Shown one piece after another: positions 1-13,060 of a DNA stretch of 64,000 nucleotides (its first letter is position 1; the number at the start of each line of letters is the position of its first letter). This stretch comes from Lama glama (taxonomy: Eukaryota). The stretch covers positions 55,120,001 through 55,184,000 of the forward strand of contig CM052817.1 of NCBI GenBank assembly GCA_028534125.1, written 5' to 3'. The notes beneath the pieces were generated by a model. The model ran no database searches, was not told the origin of the DNA, and saw only the letters and a list, made by a program, of their open reading frames with translations. Both the position numbers and the translations under genes were made by a program.

Positions 1-561
1 AATGAGCTGGAAGACAGAGTAGAATAAATCACTGCCAAAGAACAGAAAAAAAAATGAAAAGAAATGAAGAAAGTTTAAGAGACTTCTGGGACATTATAAA
101 GTGCACTAACATTTGCACTATAGGGGTCCTAGAAGTAGAAGAAAGAGAGAAAGGGCCTGGGAAAATATTTGAAGAGAAAATAGCTGAAAACTTCCCTAAC
201 CTGGGGGAGGAAACAGTCACCCATGTCCAGGAAATACAGAAAGTCCCATACAGGATTAACCCAAAGAGGAATAATGAAAATGTCAAAAATAAAAGATAAA
301 GAGAGAATATTAAAAGCATCAAGGAAAAAGCAACAAATAACATACAAGGGAACTCCAATAAGACTATCAACTGATTTTTCAGGAGAAACTCTGCAGGCCA
401 GAAGGGAGTGGCATGATATATTTAAAGTGATTAAAGGGAAAAATATACAACCAAGAATACTCATTTTACAAAGCTCTCATTCAGATTATAGATAAGAAAA
501 GCTAAAAAAATTTAGCACCACCAAACCAACTTTACAACAAATGCTAAAGGGGTTTCTCTAG
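1..561 (+). pseudogene. L1 ORF1p remnant (C-terminal half), frameshifted
   Basis: Fragments RNEESLRDFWDIIKCTNI..GPGKIFEEKIAENFPNL (54-299) and KERILKASRKKQQITYKGTPIRLSTDFSGETLQARREWHDIFKVIKGKNIQPRIL (223-495); ends MLKGFL* at 541-561. Confidence 0.92.
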
Positions 562-1033
562 GCAGAAAAGAAAAACTAGAAATAAGAAAATTACAAAACA
601 AAGAGCTCACTGGTAAAGGCAAACATGGTAGAGGCAGGAAATTATTCTTGTCCAAACTAGTAGGAAAGGTAAAAACAATAGTAGTAAAATCATCTGTATC
701 CACAGTTAACAGTTAAGAGATACACAAAATAAATGTAAAATATGATATCAAAACCAGTAATTTTAAGGGGAAGAGATTAAAAATGCAGGATACTTAAAAT
801 ACATTTGAAAATAAGATAGCAAATTAAAGCAATCATATATATATAGAGAGAGAGAATGTTATAACAAAACCTTATGGTAACCACAAACCAAAAATCTATA
901 ATAGATATATACTCAAAAAAAGAAAAAGGAATCCAAACATAACACTAAAGAGCCACCAAATTGCAATAAAATAGACCAAAAGAATAAAAGGAAGAAAAAC
1001 ATTTACTAAAACAAGTCCAAAATAATTAGCAAA

Positions 1034-4000
1034 ATGACAATAAGAACATATATATATCGATAATTACCTTAAATGTAAATGTACTAAATGCTCCAACCAA
1101 AAAGCTGGCTGAATGCATACAAGAACAAGACCCCAATATTTTCTGCCTACAAGAGACTCCATATCTTGAGACACATAAAGACTGGAAGTGAGAAGATGGA
1201 AGATGGTATTCCACATAAATAACAGTCAAAAGAAAGCCAGAGTCACATTACTTAATATCAGACAAAATAGACTTTAAAATACAGACTGTTACAAGAGACA
1301 AAGAAGAACACTACATAATGTTCAAGGGATCAATCCAAGAAGATGTGACAATTCTAAATATATATGCACCCAGCATAGGAGCACCACAACGTATAAGGCA
1401 ACTGTTAATAGACATAAAAGGAGAAATCAACAGTAACACAGTAATAGTGGGGGACCTTAACACCCCACTTACATCGATGGACAGATATCCAGACAGAAAA
1501 ATCAATAAGGACATAAAGGCCTTAAATGACATATTAGACGAGATGGACTTAATTGATATTTATAGAACATTCCATCCAAAACCAGTAGAATACACATTCT
1601 TCTCAAGTGCACGTGGAACATTCTTCAAGGTAGATCACAGGCTGGGCCACAAAGCAAGCCTCAGTAAATTTAAGAAAACAAATCAAATCAAGCATCATTT
1701 CCGACTCCAACAATATGAGATTAGAGATCAACTACAAGAAGAAAAACTGCAAAACCCACAAGCATGTGGAGGCTAAACAATATGCTGCTAAACAACCAAT
1801 GGGTCCTTGAAGAAATCAAAGAGGAAGTCAAAAAATACTTAGAGACAAATGAAAACATGATGATCCAGAACCTCTGGGACATAGCAAAAGTAGTTCTAAG
1901 AGGGAAGTTTATAATGATACAAGCTTACCTGAGGAAACAAGAACAGTCTCAAGTAAGCAACCTAACCTTACATCTAAAGCAATTAGAGAAAGAAGAACAA
2001 ACAAAACCCAAAGTTAGTAGAAGGGAAAAAAAATCATAAAGATTACAGCAGAAATAAATAAAATAGAGGCTAACAAAAGTAGAAAAGATCAATAAAACTA
2101 AAACTGTGTTTTTGAAAAGATAAATAAAATTGATAAACCTTTATCCAGATTCATTAAGAAAAAAAGGGAGAGGGCCCACATTAATAAAATCAGAAATGAA
2201 AAAGGAGAAGTTACAACCAACACCACAGAAATATAAGGATTTTAAGAGGCTACTGAGCAATTATATGCCAACAAAATGGACAGCCTAGAAGAAATGGACC
2301 ATTTCTTAGAAAGGTACAATCTCTTAAGACTGAACAGACCAATTACCAGCACTGAAATTGAATCAGTAATTTAAAAACTTTCAACAACAACAACACATGT
2401 CCTTGACCAGATGGCTTTACAGGGGACTTCTATCATTTAGAGAACAGTTAATGCCTATCCTTCTGAAACTATTCCAAAAAATTGCAGAGGAAGGAATATT
2501 TTTGAACTCATTCTTTGAGGCCACCATCATCCTGATACCAAAACCAGACAAAGATATCACAAAAAAAGAAAATCACAGGCCAATATTATTTATGCATACA
2601 GATGCAAAAATCTTCAACAAAATACCAGCAGATAGATTCCAATAATATATTAAAAGGATCATAAACCATGATCAAGTGAGATTTATCCCAGGGTGCAAGG
2701 ATTTTTCAATATATTCAAATCAATCAATGTGATACAGCACATTAACAAATTGAAGAATAAAAACCATATGATCATCTCAGTTGATGCAGAAAAATCTTTT
2801 GATAAAATTCAACATCCATGTATGATAAAAACTCTCCAGAAAGTGGGCATAGAAGGAACATACCTCAACATAATAAAGGTTATATATGACAAACCCACAG
2901 CTAATGTCATACTTAATGGTAAGAAGTTGAAAGATTTCCTCTAAGATCAGAAACAAGACCCAGATGCCCACTCTCATCATTTTTTTCAAGGAAATTTTGG
3001 ATGTCCTAGTCACAGCAATCAGAGAAGAAAAAGAAATAAAAGGAATCCAAATTGGGAAAGAAATAAAAACTGTTTGCAGGTGACATAATACTATACATAG
3101 AAAATTCTGAAGATGCAACCAGAAAACTACTAGAGCTCATCAATAAATAAATTGATTTATTTATTCATCAATAAATAAACAAATGCAAATTTGTTGCAGG
3201 ATACAAAATTGCATACAGAGATTAGTTGCATTTCTATATAAGAACAATGAAACACCAGAAAAAGAAGTTAAGGAAGCAATCCCATTTATCATCACATCAA
3301 AAACAATAAAATATCTAGGAATAAACCTACCTAAGGATGCAAAGAACCTGTACTCTGAAAACTATGACACTAAGAAGAGAAATTGAAGACAATAAAAACA
3401 GATGGAAAGATACACCATGTTCCTAGATTGGAAGACTAAATATTGTTAAAATGGCCATACTACCCAAGACAATATACATGTTCAATGCAAATCCCTATCA
3501 ATTACTAATGACATTTTTCACAGAACTGGAACAAAACATTTTAAAATTTGTATAGAAACACAAAAGACCATGAAGGGCCAAAACAATCTTGATAAAGAAG
3601 ATTAGAGGTGGAGGAATCATGCTTCATGTCTTCAGATTATACTACAAGGCTACAGTAATCAAAACAGTATGGTACTGACACAAAAATAGATACAGATTAA
3701 TGGAACAAGATAGAAAGTTCAGAAATATACCCATGCATTAATGGTCAGTTAATCTACATCAAAGAGGTAAGACTATACAATGGAGAAAAAGCAGTCTTTT
3801 CTATAAGTGGTGCTAGGTAAACTGGACAACTACATGTAAAAGGAGGAAATTAGATCATTCTCTAACACCATATACAAAAATAAACTCAAAATGGATTAAA
3901 GACCAAAATATAAGGCCATATACTATAAAAATCCCAGAGGAAACTCCATAGGCAGAATACTCCTTGACAAAAATTGCAGCAATATTTTTTTTGAACTAGC

Positions 4001-4678
4001 TCCTAAAGTAATGGAAATCAAAGCAAAAATAAATGAATGGGACCTAATTAAACTTAAAAGCTTTTGCACAATACAGGAAACCACAAACAAAACAAAAAGA
4101 CAACCTACAGAATGGGATAAAATAATTGCAAATGACACGACCAACAGGGGAATAATTTCCGAGATATACAAACAGCTCATACAGCTTAATATCAAAAAAA
4201 CCAAACAACCTAATCAAAAAATGGGCAGAAGACCTAAATAGACATTTCTTCAAAGAAGACATCTAGATGCCTAGCAGACTCATGAAAAGGTGCTCAATAT
4301 CGCTAATTATGAGAGAAATGCAAATCAAAACTACAATGAGGTATCACATTACACCAGTCAGAATGGTCATCATTAAAAAGTCTACAAATAATATATACTG
4401 GAGAGGGTGTAGAGTAAAGGGAACCTTCCTACACTGTTGGTGTGAATGTAAACTGGTGCAGCCACTATGGAGGACAGTATGGAGTTTCCTTTAAAAATTC
4501 AAAATAGACATACCCTATGATCCAATAATCCCACTCTTGGGCATATATGCAGAGAAAACTATAATTCAAAAATACATATGCACCCCAATGTTCATAGCAG
4601 CATTTTTTAAATAGCCAAGACATGGAAACAATCCAAACATCCATCAACAGATGACTGGATAAAGAAGATGTGGTATGC

Positions 4679-4730
<52 letters not shown>

Positions 4731-4873
4731 GGAATATTACTCAGTCTTAAAAAAAGAATAAAATAATGCCATTTGCAGCAACATGGTTGGACCTAGAGAT
4801 TATTATATTAATTGAAGTAAGCCAAAAAGAGAAAGACAAATATCATATGATACCACTTACATGTAGAATCTAA
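1034..4873 (+). pseudogene. L1 ORF2p remnant (APE endonuclease, reverse transcriptase, Cys-rich C-terminus) with many stops and frameshifts
   Basis: EN motifs TILNIYAP, IVGDLNTPL, DIYRTFHP (1318-1776). RT motifs [12 protein letters not shown] and [18 protein letters not shown] (2397-2944). Catalytic FADD is mutated to FAGD (3073-3084). C-terminal [17 protein letters not shown] (4267-4494). Confidence 0.95.
4683..4728. repeat. (CA)23 microsatellite inside the L1 ORF2 3' region
   Basis: Perfect CA run read directly. Confidence 0.97.
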
Positions 4874-5123
4874 AAAAAAGATACATATCTTATTTATAAA
4901 CCAAAAATAGACTCATGAACCTAGAAATCAAACTGTGGTTACCAAAGGGGAGAGTTGGGGAAGGGTAAATTAGGAGTTTGTCATTAACAGATATACTTTA
5001 TATAAAATAGATAAACAACAAAAACCTACTATATAGCACAGGAAATTATATTCAATTCCTTGTAATAACATATAATGAGAAAGAATCTTAAAAAAATTCA
5101 TGTGTGTATATGTATAACTGAAT

Positions 5124-6584
5124 GTTATTTTTGATTAGTGTAGATCTTTAGGTTGACTTTTTTTTCTTTCAGTTCTTTTAACATGTTACGCTGTTGTCTT
5201 CTAGCTTGTATTGGTTTTGTCAAGAGATCTTCAGTCAGCCTCATATTTTTCCTGTTTCCTTTTTCTTTTCTGGTTACTTTTGAGGCATATTTTTTCTTTA
5301 GCACTGGTTTAGGTCAATTTAATTATGATCTGCCTTGGTGCAATTTTTCTTATTTTTCTTAAACTTCTTGGATATGTGAGTTTACATATGTCCTTAAAAT
5401 TTAAAAATTTTCATCAATTTTTCTTCAAATATATATTTTTCCTCTTCATACAAATGCTTTCCCTTGTTGGGAGACACAAATTATAAATATATTAGATCAT
5501 TTGAAGTTGTTCCACAGATTACTGACTTCCATTAATTTCTATTTATTTTAAATTTGTTTTCTGTTTCATTTTTAATATTTTATTGCTATGTCTATAAGTT
5601 CACTGTTCATTTCTTCTTCAGTCTCTACTCAATATAGAGAACTTTTCCTCTTGTACGTTGTAATTTTCATCTCTAGAATTTAGATTTGCATTCTCTTTAT
5701 ATCTTCTGTATCTCTGCTTAACTTTGTGAATATATTGATAGAATTATAATAACTGTTTCAATGTCCTTATCTGCTAATTCTAACATCTTTATTAGTTCTG
5801 GGTATGTTTCTATGGATTGACAAATTTTTCATTGTTATAGTTGTATTTCCCTGTTTATTTGCATGCCTTTTAATTTCTTATTGTATACTAGACATTGTGA
5901 TTTTTACATTGTTTGGTGCTGGATTATTTTGTATTCCTATACATTTTTTGAGCTTTTTCTTGGATTCTATTGATTTACTTAAAAACAGTTTGATCCTTTC
6001 AGGTCCTTCTTTTTTAGGCCCCACTGTAGAGGCAGACCCTCAGTGTACTACCCCATGCTTCGTGCGTCATGAGGTTTTCCAGTCTAACTGATGGGAACAG
6101 ACACTATTCCCAGTCTTGCATGAATATCAGATACTCTTGTCTGAAACCTGTTTGAGTACTTCTTTTCTTAGTTCTGGGTGGATGCTTTACCCTTATGTGC
6201 TCATCAATAGTCAGCTGAATACTCAAAGAGAAAAATTTCTAGATTTTTGAAGTTTTCTCTCTGTACTGTTCTCTCCTATTTATAGTTTTTCTTGTGAAAG
6301 AAATAGCTATCTTGATCTTTCTGTAGTCTCAGCTCTGTTTCTGCCACTCAGGGAGTACACTGGAGTCTGTCTGGTTTCATGCTCTCTGCACCATACCTGT
6401 AATCCATCCAAGTCTAAGGCTTTGAATGTTCACAGAGTGCGTCTTATTTGTTTCTCATCTCATCTCTCAGGGATCACTAAACTTACCTAAAACCCAGTGA
6501 CTTTAAAACCATTGTTTGATATTGTCTGTTTGTTTTAAGCAGGAAGTAAATCTGATCCTCATTACTCTTGAACAGAAACAGAAC
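5124..6584 (-). mobile_element. Ancient L1M (L1M4/L1ME-type) 5'UTR plus ORF1 fragment, antisense
   Basis: T-rich antisense ORF1-like sequence; the end 'aggaagtaaatctgatcctcattactcttgaacagaaacagaac' resembles recalled old L1M 5' termini. Confidence 0.7.
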
Positions 6585-6899
6585 TACTTATAGGTTTTTG
6601 GTATTTGCATTTTTCAAGATCAGAAATTATTGGAAACAATGGCATTTTTCTCATATCCTCAACATTCAACTGTTTTCTGTTCTAACTCATTTTAAACCAT
6701 GAGTTAAGTTCATAGAGGACATGTTTAATCGCAATAGGAATGGTAAAAGTGATTGCTCAGCCCTTAGGTTAACAGGCTATTTTCCAAATAAATCATTATC
6801 ATTATTAATTACTATGGGTGCTATTGCAGTGGCAGCACCATCCATCTCATTAGGCATGTCAGTAAGCTGGTGTCACCAGTGACATCTACTTTCCATCAT

Positions 6900-7400
6900 C
6901 CTTATTCATTTATTGCCAAGTTCAGTCAATTTATACCATAAATTTTTTCAAAATCTTTGATGTGCCTCAATATCCACAACCAAAATCTGCCACCATCACC
7001 TTTCCTTATCCACTCTTACACTCTTTATAGCTGTTTCTTCAGACTGTGATCAGAGACAACTTTTTGACACAAATCTTTGATCATATTAGCATCTTATTTT
7101 AAACACATTATTGACTTCTCTTGCCTTTAGAAAAATTATTAAAATGCTTAAGAAGTCCTATAAAACCATTGTTTTAAAGTTAATTTAATTTTAACTTTAA
7201 AGACTCAACCTTAATATGATACATTTCTCCTTGTCACTAATCACAACTGTAATTTTATGTTAATTTGTGTGATTGATTGATTGATTGATTAGTATTTACC
7301 TCCCCAGAAGCTTATAAACAAAGCATTTGCTTATTTTCAAATTTCCCAAACTTACTAGAGTGCTTGACACATTTTAGCAATAATTAAAAATGCATTAATT
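6900..7400 (+). mobile_element. L2 3' fragment containing a (TGAT)n tract at ~7270-7290
   Basis: Degenerate L2 tail motifs such as 'tttattgccaagttcagtcaattt' and 'ctagagtgcttgacacat...aataatt'. Confidence 0.5.
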
Positions 7401-7459
7401 GAATCATACAGCTTATTTATTATATTAGAGCAATTATAAATATATGTATAATAATATAA

Positions 7460-7690
7460 TAATAAAACAATTTTGAATACTTTGCAAGGCACTGTGCTAA
7501 ATCATTTACATAAATCATCTTATTTCATACTTAAATTCAACTGGTGAGCTATTATTTAAACTATATATAAAGAGGAAAATGGTTCAGAGATATTAAGAAA
7601 CTTGCTCAGTGTCTAACAGCCAGTAGAAAGCAGAATGGAATTTAAATGAAGATTTGTCCTACTCAAATATATACCCTTCCAGGCACTACA
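7460..7690 (-). mobile_element. MIR SINE
   Basis: Antisense core-SINE pattern 'aggcactgtgctaaatcatttaca...agaggaaaatggttcagagatattaagaaacttgctc'. Confidence 0.65.
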
Positions 7691-9809
7691 ATATAGTCCA
7701 TTTTCCCTGTATAAAATCTGAATAAACTGACAATCAGCTTTTGCAAATAAAAATCTTTGCCACAGACTTCTGGTTCATCTATGGGCAAAGTTCTCACGTG
7801 CACACATTCTGCTGTCATTCTGTAATAATCCACCCACTGGAAGTTATTTAGAAATCATGTAATGTGACATTTCTGACAGTTTCCCCAATGTACAATTACA
7901 GTATAATGAGGGAATAATGAGACTGGGATACCTGATTAAAAATTCAAGGCCTGTGTTCAGCTGTAAATATATGCAGACCTTCAGAGTTTTAAATGTAAGA
8001 AATAAAAAGCCACTTGGAATCATTCAGGGTCAATGCAGTATAAGGAAGAGGGAAACTGTGGGATATGGTTCTTCTAGATGAGACCCTTAGTAAATGAATG
8101 TCCTTTATATTAGCAGGTAATATTGCTTCTCCTCACTCACTCACAAAGTTGGGTGTGTCAAATAGTGAATAAAATAATCTTCAGGAAAATGTTCTATTGT
8201 TGCTGTTGTGTTCTGATTTTTTTCTTTTTTAACCCTTAGGGAGAACAAATATCCAAATCACAAACACAGAGTAAGGTCATTTAAGAAGAAAATCTTTAAA
8301 TGACTACATCCTATTTTTCTGATAAAATTCTAGCAGTTTACAGAAGTTCCTTCTGATTATTTTTTCTAATAAACTCAAGATTTCTGTAACTTGCCCATAA
8401 TGTACTATACCCACTGGGATGACCTGAATCTAGGTATATGCTTGAGGTCCAATTCTGTAACCTATCACTTCAGGAAATTCTAATTCAAATATTATTTGTA
8501 TCTTGTGGCTCGTTTGTGAACTTCTGTATTGCTAACACAGCCTGCTAAAACCTAGACAATTCATAGAGCTGAGGCTCTGATCACCTGCTTGCCCCTTCTC
8601 TTTCTCAGAGCCAACTCCGCCATCGCTGCCATGAATGCCGATCTTAGAATATTACCCAGGCTGTAATAGGTTTGAGGTCACTCAACACTCCTCTCCTTTG
8701 GTCTGCTTCCAATACAGGATATACAACCAAAGAAAACAGTTAAATGGAAAATATTGTGGTAAAAAATATCCAAGATTCTGATTTCCCAGTAGAAAGATAT
8801 AATCAAAGCTAGATTAGAAAACATGGCTTTTGCTTGATATTAAGTGGGGCCTCCTGCTTCTTACTCTAAAAAGAAAATTTGCGTTCATTTGCTCAGGTGT
8901 GCCTATATATTATGAGAAAACACTAGCTCTAATGGGCAGACTTCAAGACTGGCCAGCTGCATTACTTACCTTGCTTCAAAAGAGAAAGAAAGTACTTGGA
9001 GAGTAGCCAAATCTGGCAAAATAGGCCACGCCAGATGTGCTTTGCCACATAGAAGTAAAGAAGTTAAAGTCCGTAAAAGGAGATACTATGCATTAGCTTC
9101 ACTTATATTTCATGTATTAATAGGATTCTTGCCCATTAGTGTGCCCATTGCCTCAGTCAGGCTTTCGTCAATAACACTAGGAGCCCCCATCATGGGGAGG
9201 GATAAATAAGAGGATTAAAAGGGGAATTTCCTCCAAATCTGATGTGTAGTCAGATGGCCATCCATGGGCCAGGACTGCAATGTGAGGATACTGAAAGGAG
9301 CACGAACATTTCTCCCTATACTATTGCAATATACTAGTGATTACTTGAGGCAGTTTCTTCCCTCTGACTACATTTAATATGGGATATTCTATCGTAAAAC
9401 TTCCTAGAAAAGGGCAAGTTCAAAGTTTATAGCATTAGAGAAATAATTTTTTAAATTCACACACAGAGAGCCATTGCCCTTCAAGTGCAAGTAATTGGGC
9501 TGGATTTGGTTCTAGAGTCAGTTTTACGCAGTGCCAGAAACAGTCACTCTGTCTGACAGCTTGAGATCCAGTGCTAAATTAAGAACATCATAGTGCCTGG
9601 ACTACCCCATCGCATAAATAGCTACTAACTAGAGTACATTAATTTTTAAGTGGTCCATGAATCTATTCTTATAATCTGTCTTGGGACTGGTGTCTGGGCA
9701 CAGTGTGAGGTGGCAGGATCATTATCAAGATCTTGTACATTTGCCCTCAAGAGGAATCTCTACCCATCTTGTATTTAAATGATGAGATACACTGGAATGC
9801 TGTCAGCGG

Positions 9810-10525
9810 CTAACATATTAAACACTACATTTTGCCCTATCTTGTGACTGTTGGCATGCATTATCTCCTTTAATGTTCACAACAAACTTAAGATTTCAAA
9901 TATAATTCTTATTTTATGGTTAGGTGTGATGGATAATTTTGGTGTCAACTTGACCAGGCTAAAGGATTTTTTACATAGAAAGCTGGTAAAATATTTCTGG
10001 GTGTGTCTGTGAGGGTGTTTCTGGAAGAGATTAGCATTTGAATTGGTGCACTAAAGGAAAAAGACGACCCTCACCAATGCAGGTGGGCATCTTCTAGTCC
10101 ACTGAGGACATAAACAGAACAAAACGGCAGAGGAAGGGTGAATTTGTTCTCTTGCTTGAGCTGGGACATTCATCTTCTCCCAACTTCAGACATTTGTGCT
10201 CCTTTGGATTCAGACTGGGACTTACTATTATTGGTTCCCCTGATTCTCACGATTTCAGGTTAGAACTCGAACTACACCAGTAGCTTTCTCGGGACTCTAG
10301 TGTGCAGACAACAAATCAAGGGACTCCTTGGTCTCCATAATTGTGCAAACCAGTCCCTCACAGTAGACATCTTTCTATATGAATCTTTATTTAGCCTGTT
10401 CCCTCTGTTTCTCTGGAGAACCCTGACTAATACAATGGGGGAACTAAAGCTTAGAGAAAAGAAGCAATTTGGCCAAAATAATATAATCAATAATTAATGG
10501 ACCCAGAACTAAAACTGCAGATCCA
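9810..10525 (-). mobile_element. MIR SINE split by the MLT2B insertion (halves ~9810-9924 and ~10435-10525)
   Basis: 'catgcattatctcctttaatgttcacaacaa..attttatggt' continues after the LTR as 'atgggggaactaaagcttagagaaaagaagcaatttggccaa'. Confidence 0.6.
9925..10434 (+). mobile_element. MLT2B-like ERV-L solo LTR
   Basis: TG...CA termini: starts 'tgtgatggataattttggtgtcaacttgac', ends 'ctctggagaaccctgactaataca'; internal 'gggtgtgtctgtgagggtgtttctggaagagattagcatttgaatt'. Confidence 0.9.
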
Positions 10526-12189
10526 AGGGCAATAGACAGTATTTAGCTACATCAGTAAAACTGATGCCTCAATCGGGCATGGATGAAACCAACTCCACCT
10601 ACCAAGTGTGTAATTCTAAATTCCTTGTCAAATAATTTTTTAAATATCCTTTTATAGTTACAATATTATAAAATAATCATATATACGTGACACAGCTAAT
10701 TATAAATGCACATATATTATTTGGGGCAGTAAGTGATTTTAGCTGACCAAGAACTTGCTTTTTTTTTTTTCCATTCAGAAACATTGTGTTTCGTCATCTG
10801 AAAATAGAAGTTTATACATGCTTGCTTTTTCTTGCTTTAGACCTGGAACTGATTTCAAGGATGTGACAACTAGATCTCACAGCTTGAAATTTGCTATGTT
10901 CTAGCCTTAGATATAAAGATTTTGAAGGGACTTTATTGTCCAAGAAAACTTCAATACTTGGGTTTTTGCAAAGTAAGTAGAGTCATTTAGGAGGAGCAAT
11001 AACTTTTCTCATTGAGAAAGGAGGATTGGTGGAATATTAGGATGTTATAGGTGTTATTTTTATTTTAAATATGTTATTTGGGTTTGAGTCATATCATACT
11101 CCTGGTACAACATCCAAGTACTTTTCTGTAAGTGAAGCATAGGTAAACACTCAGGGGCAAGCTTAGGTATCACATATAAAGTATAGTAAACAAAACTGTC
11201 CTTCAAGGGTAGAGTGACTGCTAGAGAGAACCGTCATAATAAGTCAAGCAGGAGAGAGCACACATTCTGATTTAGAAAGTTATTTGTCTATATTTGTGGC
11301 CACTCCAATAAATCACAAGACTATCTATGGTTATACAATGCAACATTGATGAATGGCTAACTTATTATAAATGCTTAGGAATTAACATAGACTTAAGAAG
11401 TTCAAAAATTTAATGGTGGGATGACTTCACTTACATTCCTTATTGAGTGTCAGGTACTATTCTAAGCACTATATGAATTAATCCATGCAAAGCTCTGGTA
11501 GCACAAATTTGTGCTAAAAATGTGACTGATCTACTAATGCCTTTCTTCAACATAAAAGTGTCTTTGCCAGTAGTGAACAAACTAAAATGGCTAGATGCCA
11601 GGCTTAGGGAGCTGAGTAAAGGCTGCAAGTTGATACTCAACGGAGTGAAGCACCAATGTTAAAGGCATAGTTTCAACAGATAAAGACTGGAGCATATACC
11701 CTTAGTCTCTGTTTTCTCTCACCTCCATTTCAGTAGATGCTCTGCTCTCAGACCCAGTGACTTATCAAATACTGAAGAGCAAGTGTCCTATAGGACTGCT
11801 TATCTAGATGTTGTGTGGAAGCCCAGTTATGGGAATTTAGAAATCTCAATCCCAGCTGGAGGAAATACCAGATCTAAGCTGAATGCAATTACCTACATAA
11901 TGAATTACAGGTATTATTTCAAGAAACTTAACAGAAGACACAACTGATAGAGCTCGAGACAGACCCTTGTGAATGATCCTATAGAGATCATGAATTAAAA
12001 TCATTTAGAAAAGATATTTCCACTAAGGAATTATCACTAAACCTGCCTGAGGTAAGAACTGGCACTGGCAGGTGAACAACTGGATTCTTTAAATTTTTAA
12101 ATTGCCATTTTCCCCCATTAAAATCTTTAAATATAAAAATTCTTTCTTCTTATTATAAAGAATGGCATCCTTGAAGAAGTACACTAGAG

Positions 12190-12405
12190 CAATGATTCTT
12201 AACTAAGACCAATTTCTCCCTCAAAGGATATTTGGCAATGTCTGGAGAGATTTTTGGTTGTAACAACTGTGGAGTGGGTGTGATTAGCATGTACTGGGTA
12301 GAGGATAGGGTTAGTGCTAAATATTCCACAGTTCACAGTACAGCCCCTCCCACAGGAGCATTATTCAGCCCCAAACACGAAAAGTACCTAGGTTGAGAAA
12401 CCATG
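12190..12405 (+). mobile_element. MER20 (hAT-Charlie non-autonomous DNA transposon)
   Basis: 'tttggcaatgtctggagagatttttggttgtaacaactg...ggttgagaaaccatg'; 8-bp TSD cactagag (12182-12189) / cactaaag (12406-12413). Confidence 0.92.
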
Positions 12406-12834
12406 CACTAAAGTAAAATTAATATTTACATGAGTCACTACTGTTATGATCCATTTTATTTTTAACTGTTGTCATCTTTTAGGTAGATAAATAGTTAACT
12501 TGGTAAAATAAGCTGTTTATAAGCAGTTTGAAAATGTTTTATGAAAATAAATAAATCTCTTGCTCTCTTTCTCTCTTCATACACATACTTATGTATATCA
12601 GCATTGGGATTAATATTTAAAAATTGATTTTATTTTTAGCAAGCCCATTAGACTATAAGCTCTTAACTGTTTGTGTGGTCTCGTTTATATTCCCAAATCC
12701 TAACAAAAGTTTTTCTTCCTGAAAATAAAGTATGTGTAAAATAGACAAACAGATGATCCGAGCTTATGTTTTGTGTACGTTGTATGCAGATGGAGAAAAA
12801 AGTGATAGGAAACTAATGAAGTAAGTAATAAAGT

Positions 12835-13060
12835 ATGATAGTTCTGATTATGATTTAGACCTCCTTGGTTTAATCTTGTTTCCTTTATTCTACCAGCAGA
12901 GTGATATTGGCAACGTTGTGTAATGCCAATCCTTCAGTGCCTCAATTTGCTCACATATAAAATGGACCTATTATACAAGGTTGTTATAAGAATTAAATGA
13001 TTAATGTGTTTTAAAAACTCATAACAATGCTGGGGCACATAACACATTTTTAGTTGTTGC
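12835..13060 (+). mobile_element. MIR SINE
   Basis: 'gtgcctcaatttgctcacatataaaatgg...aaggttgttataagaattaaatga...ggcacataa'. Confidence 0.7.

Larger units (their letters stand above)
1..5123 (+). mobile_element. Long decayed LINE-1 (continues off the left edge of the window): ORF1 3' half, ~470 bp inter-ORF spacer, ORF2, 3'UTR; no poly(A) tail
   Basis: ORF1, endonuclease, RT and C-terminal motifs occur in colinear order in the ORF track. The 3'UTR (4874-5123) aligns by eye with the shorter L1 3' ends at 21218-21958 and 37412-37870. Confidence 0.97.

Noticed and set aside
29..4725. Hydrophobic membrane-protein-like minus-strand ORFs
   Set aside because: Antisense translations of A-rich L1 sequence, a well-known artefact.
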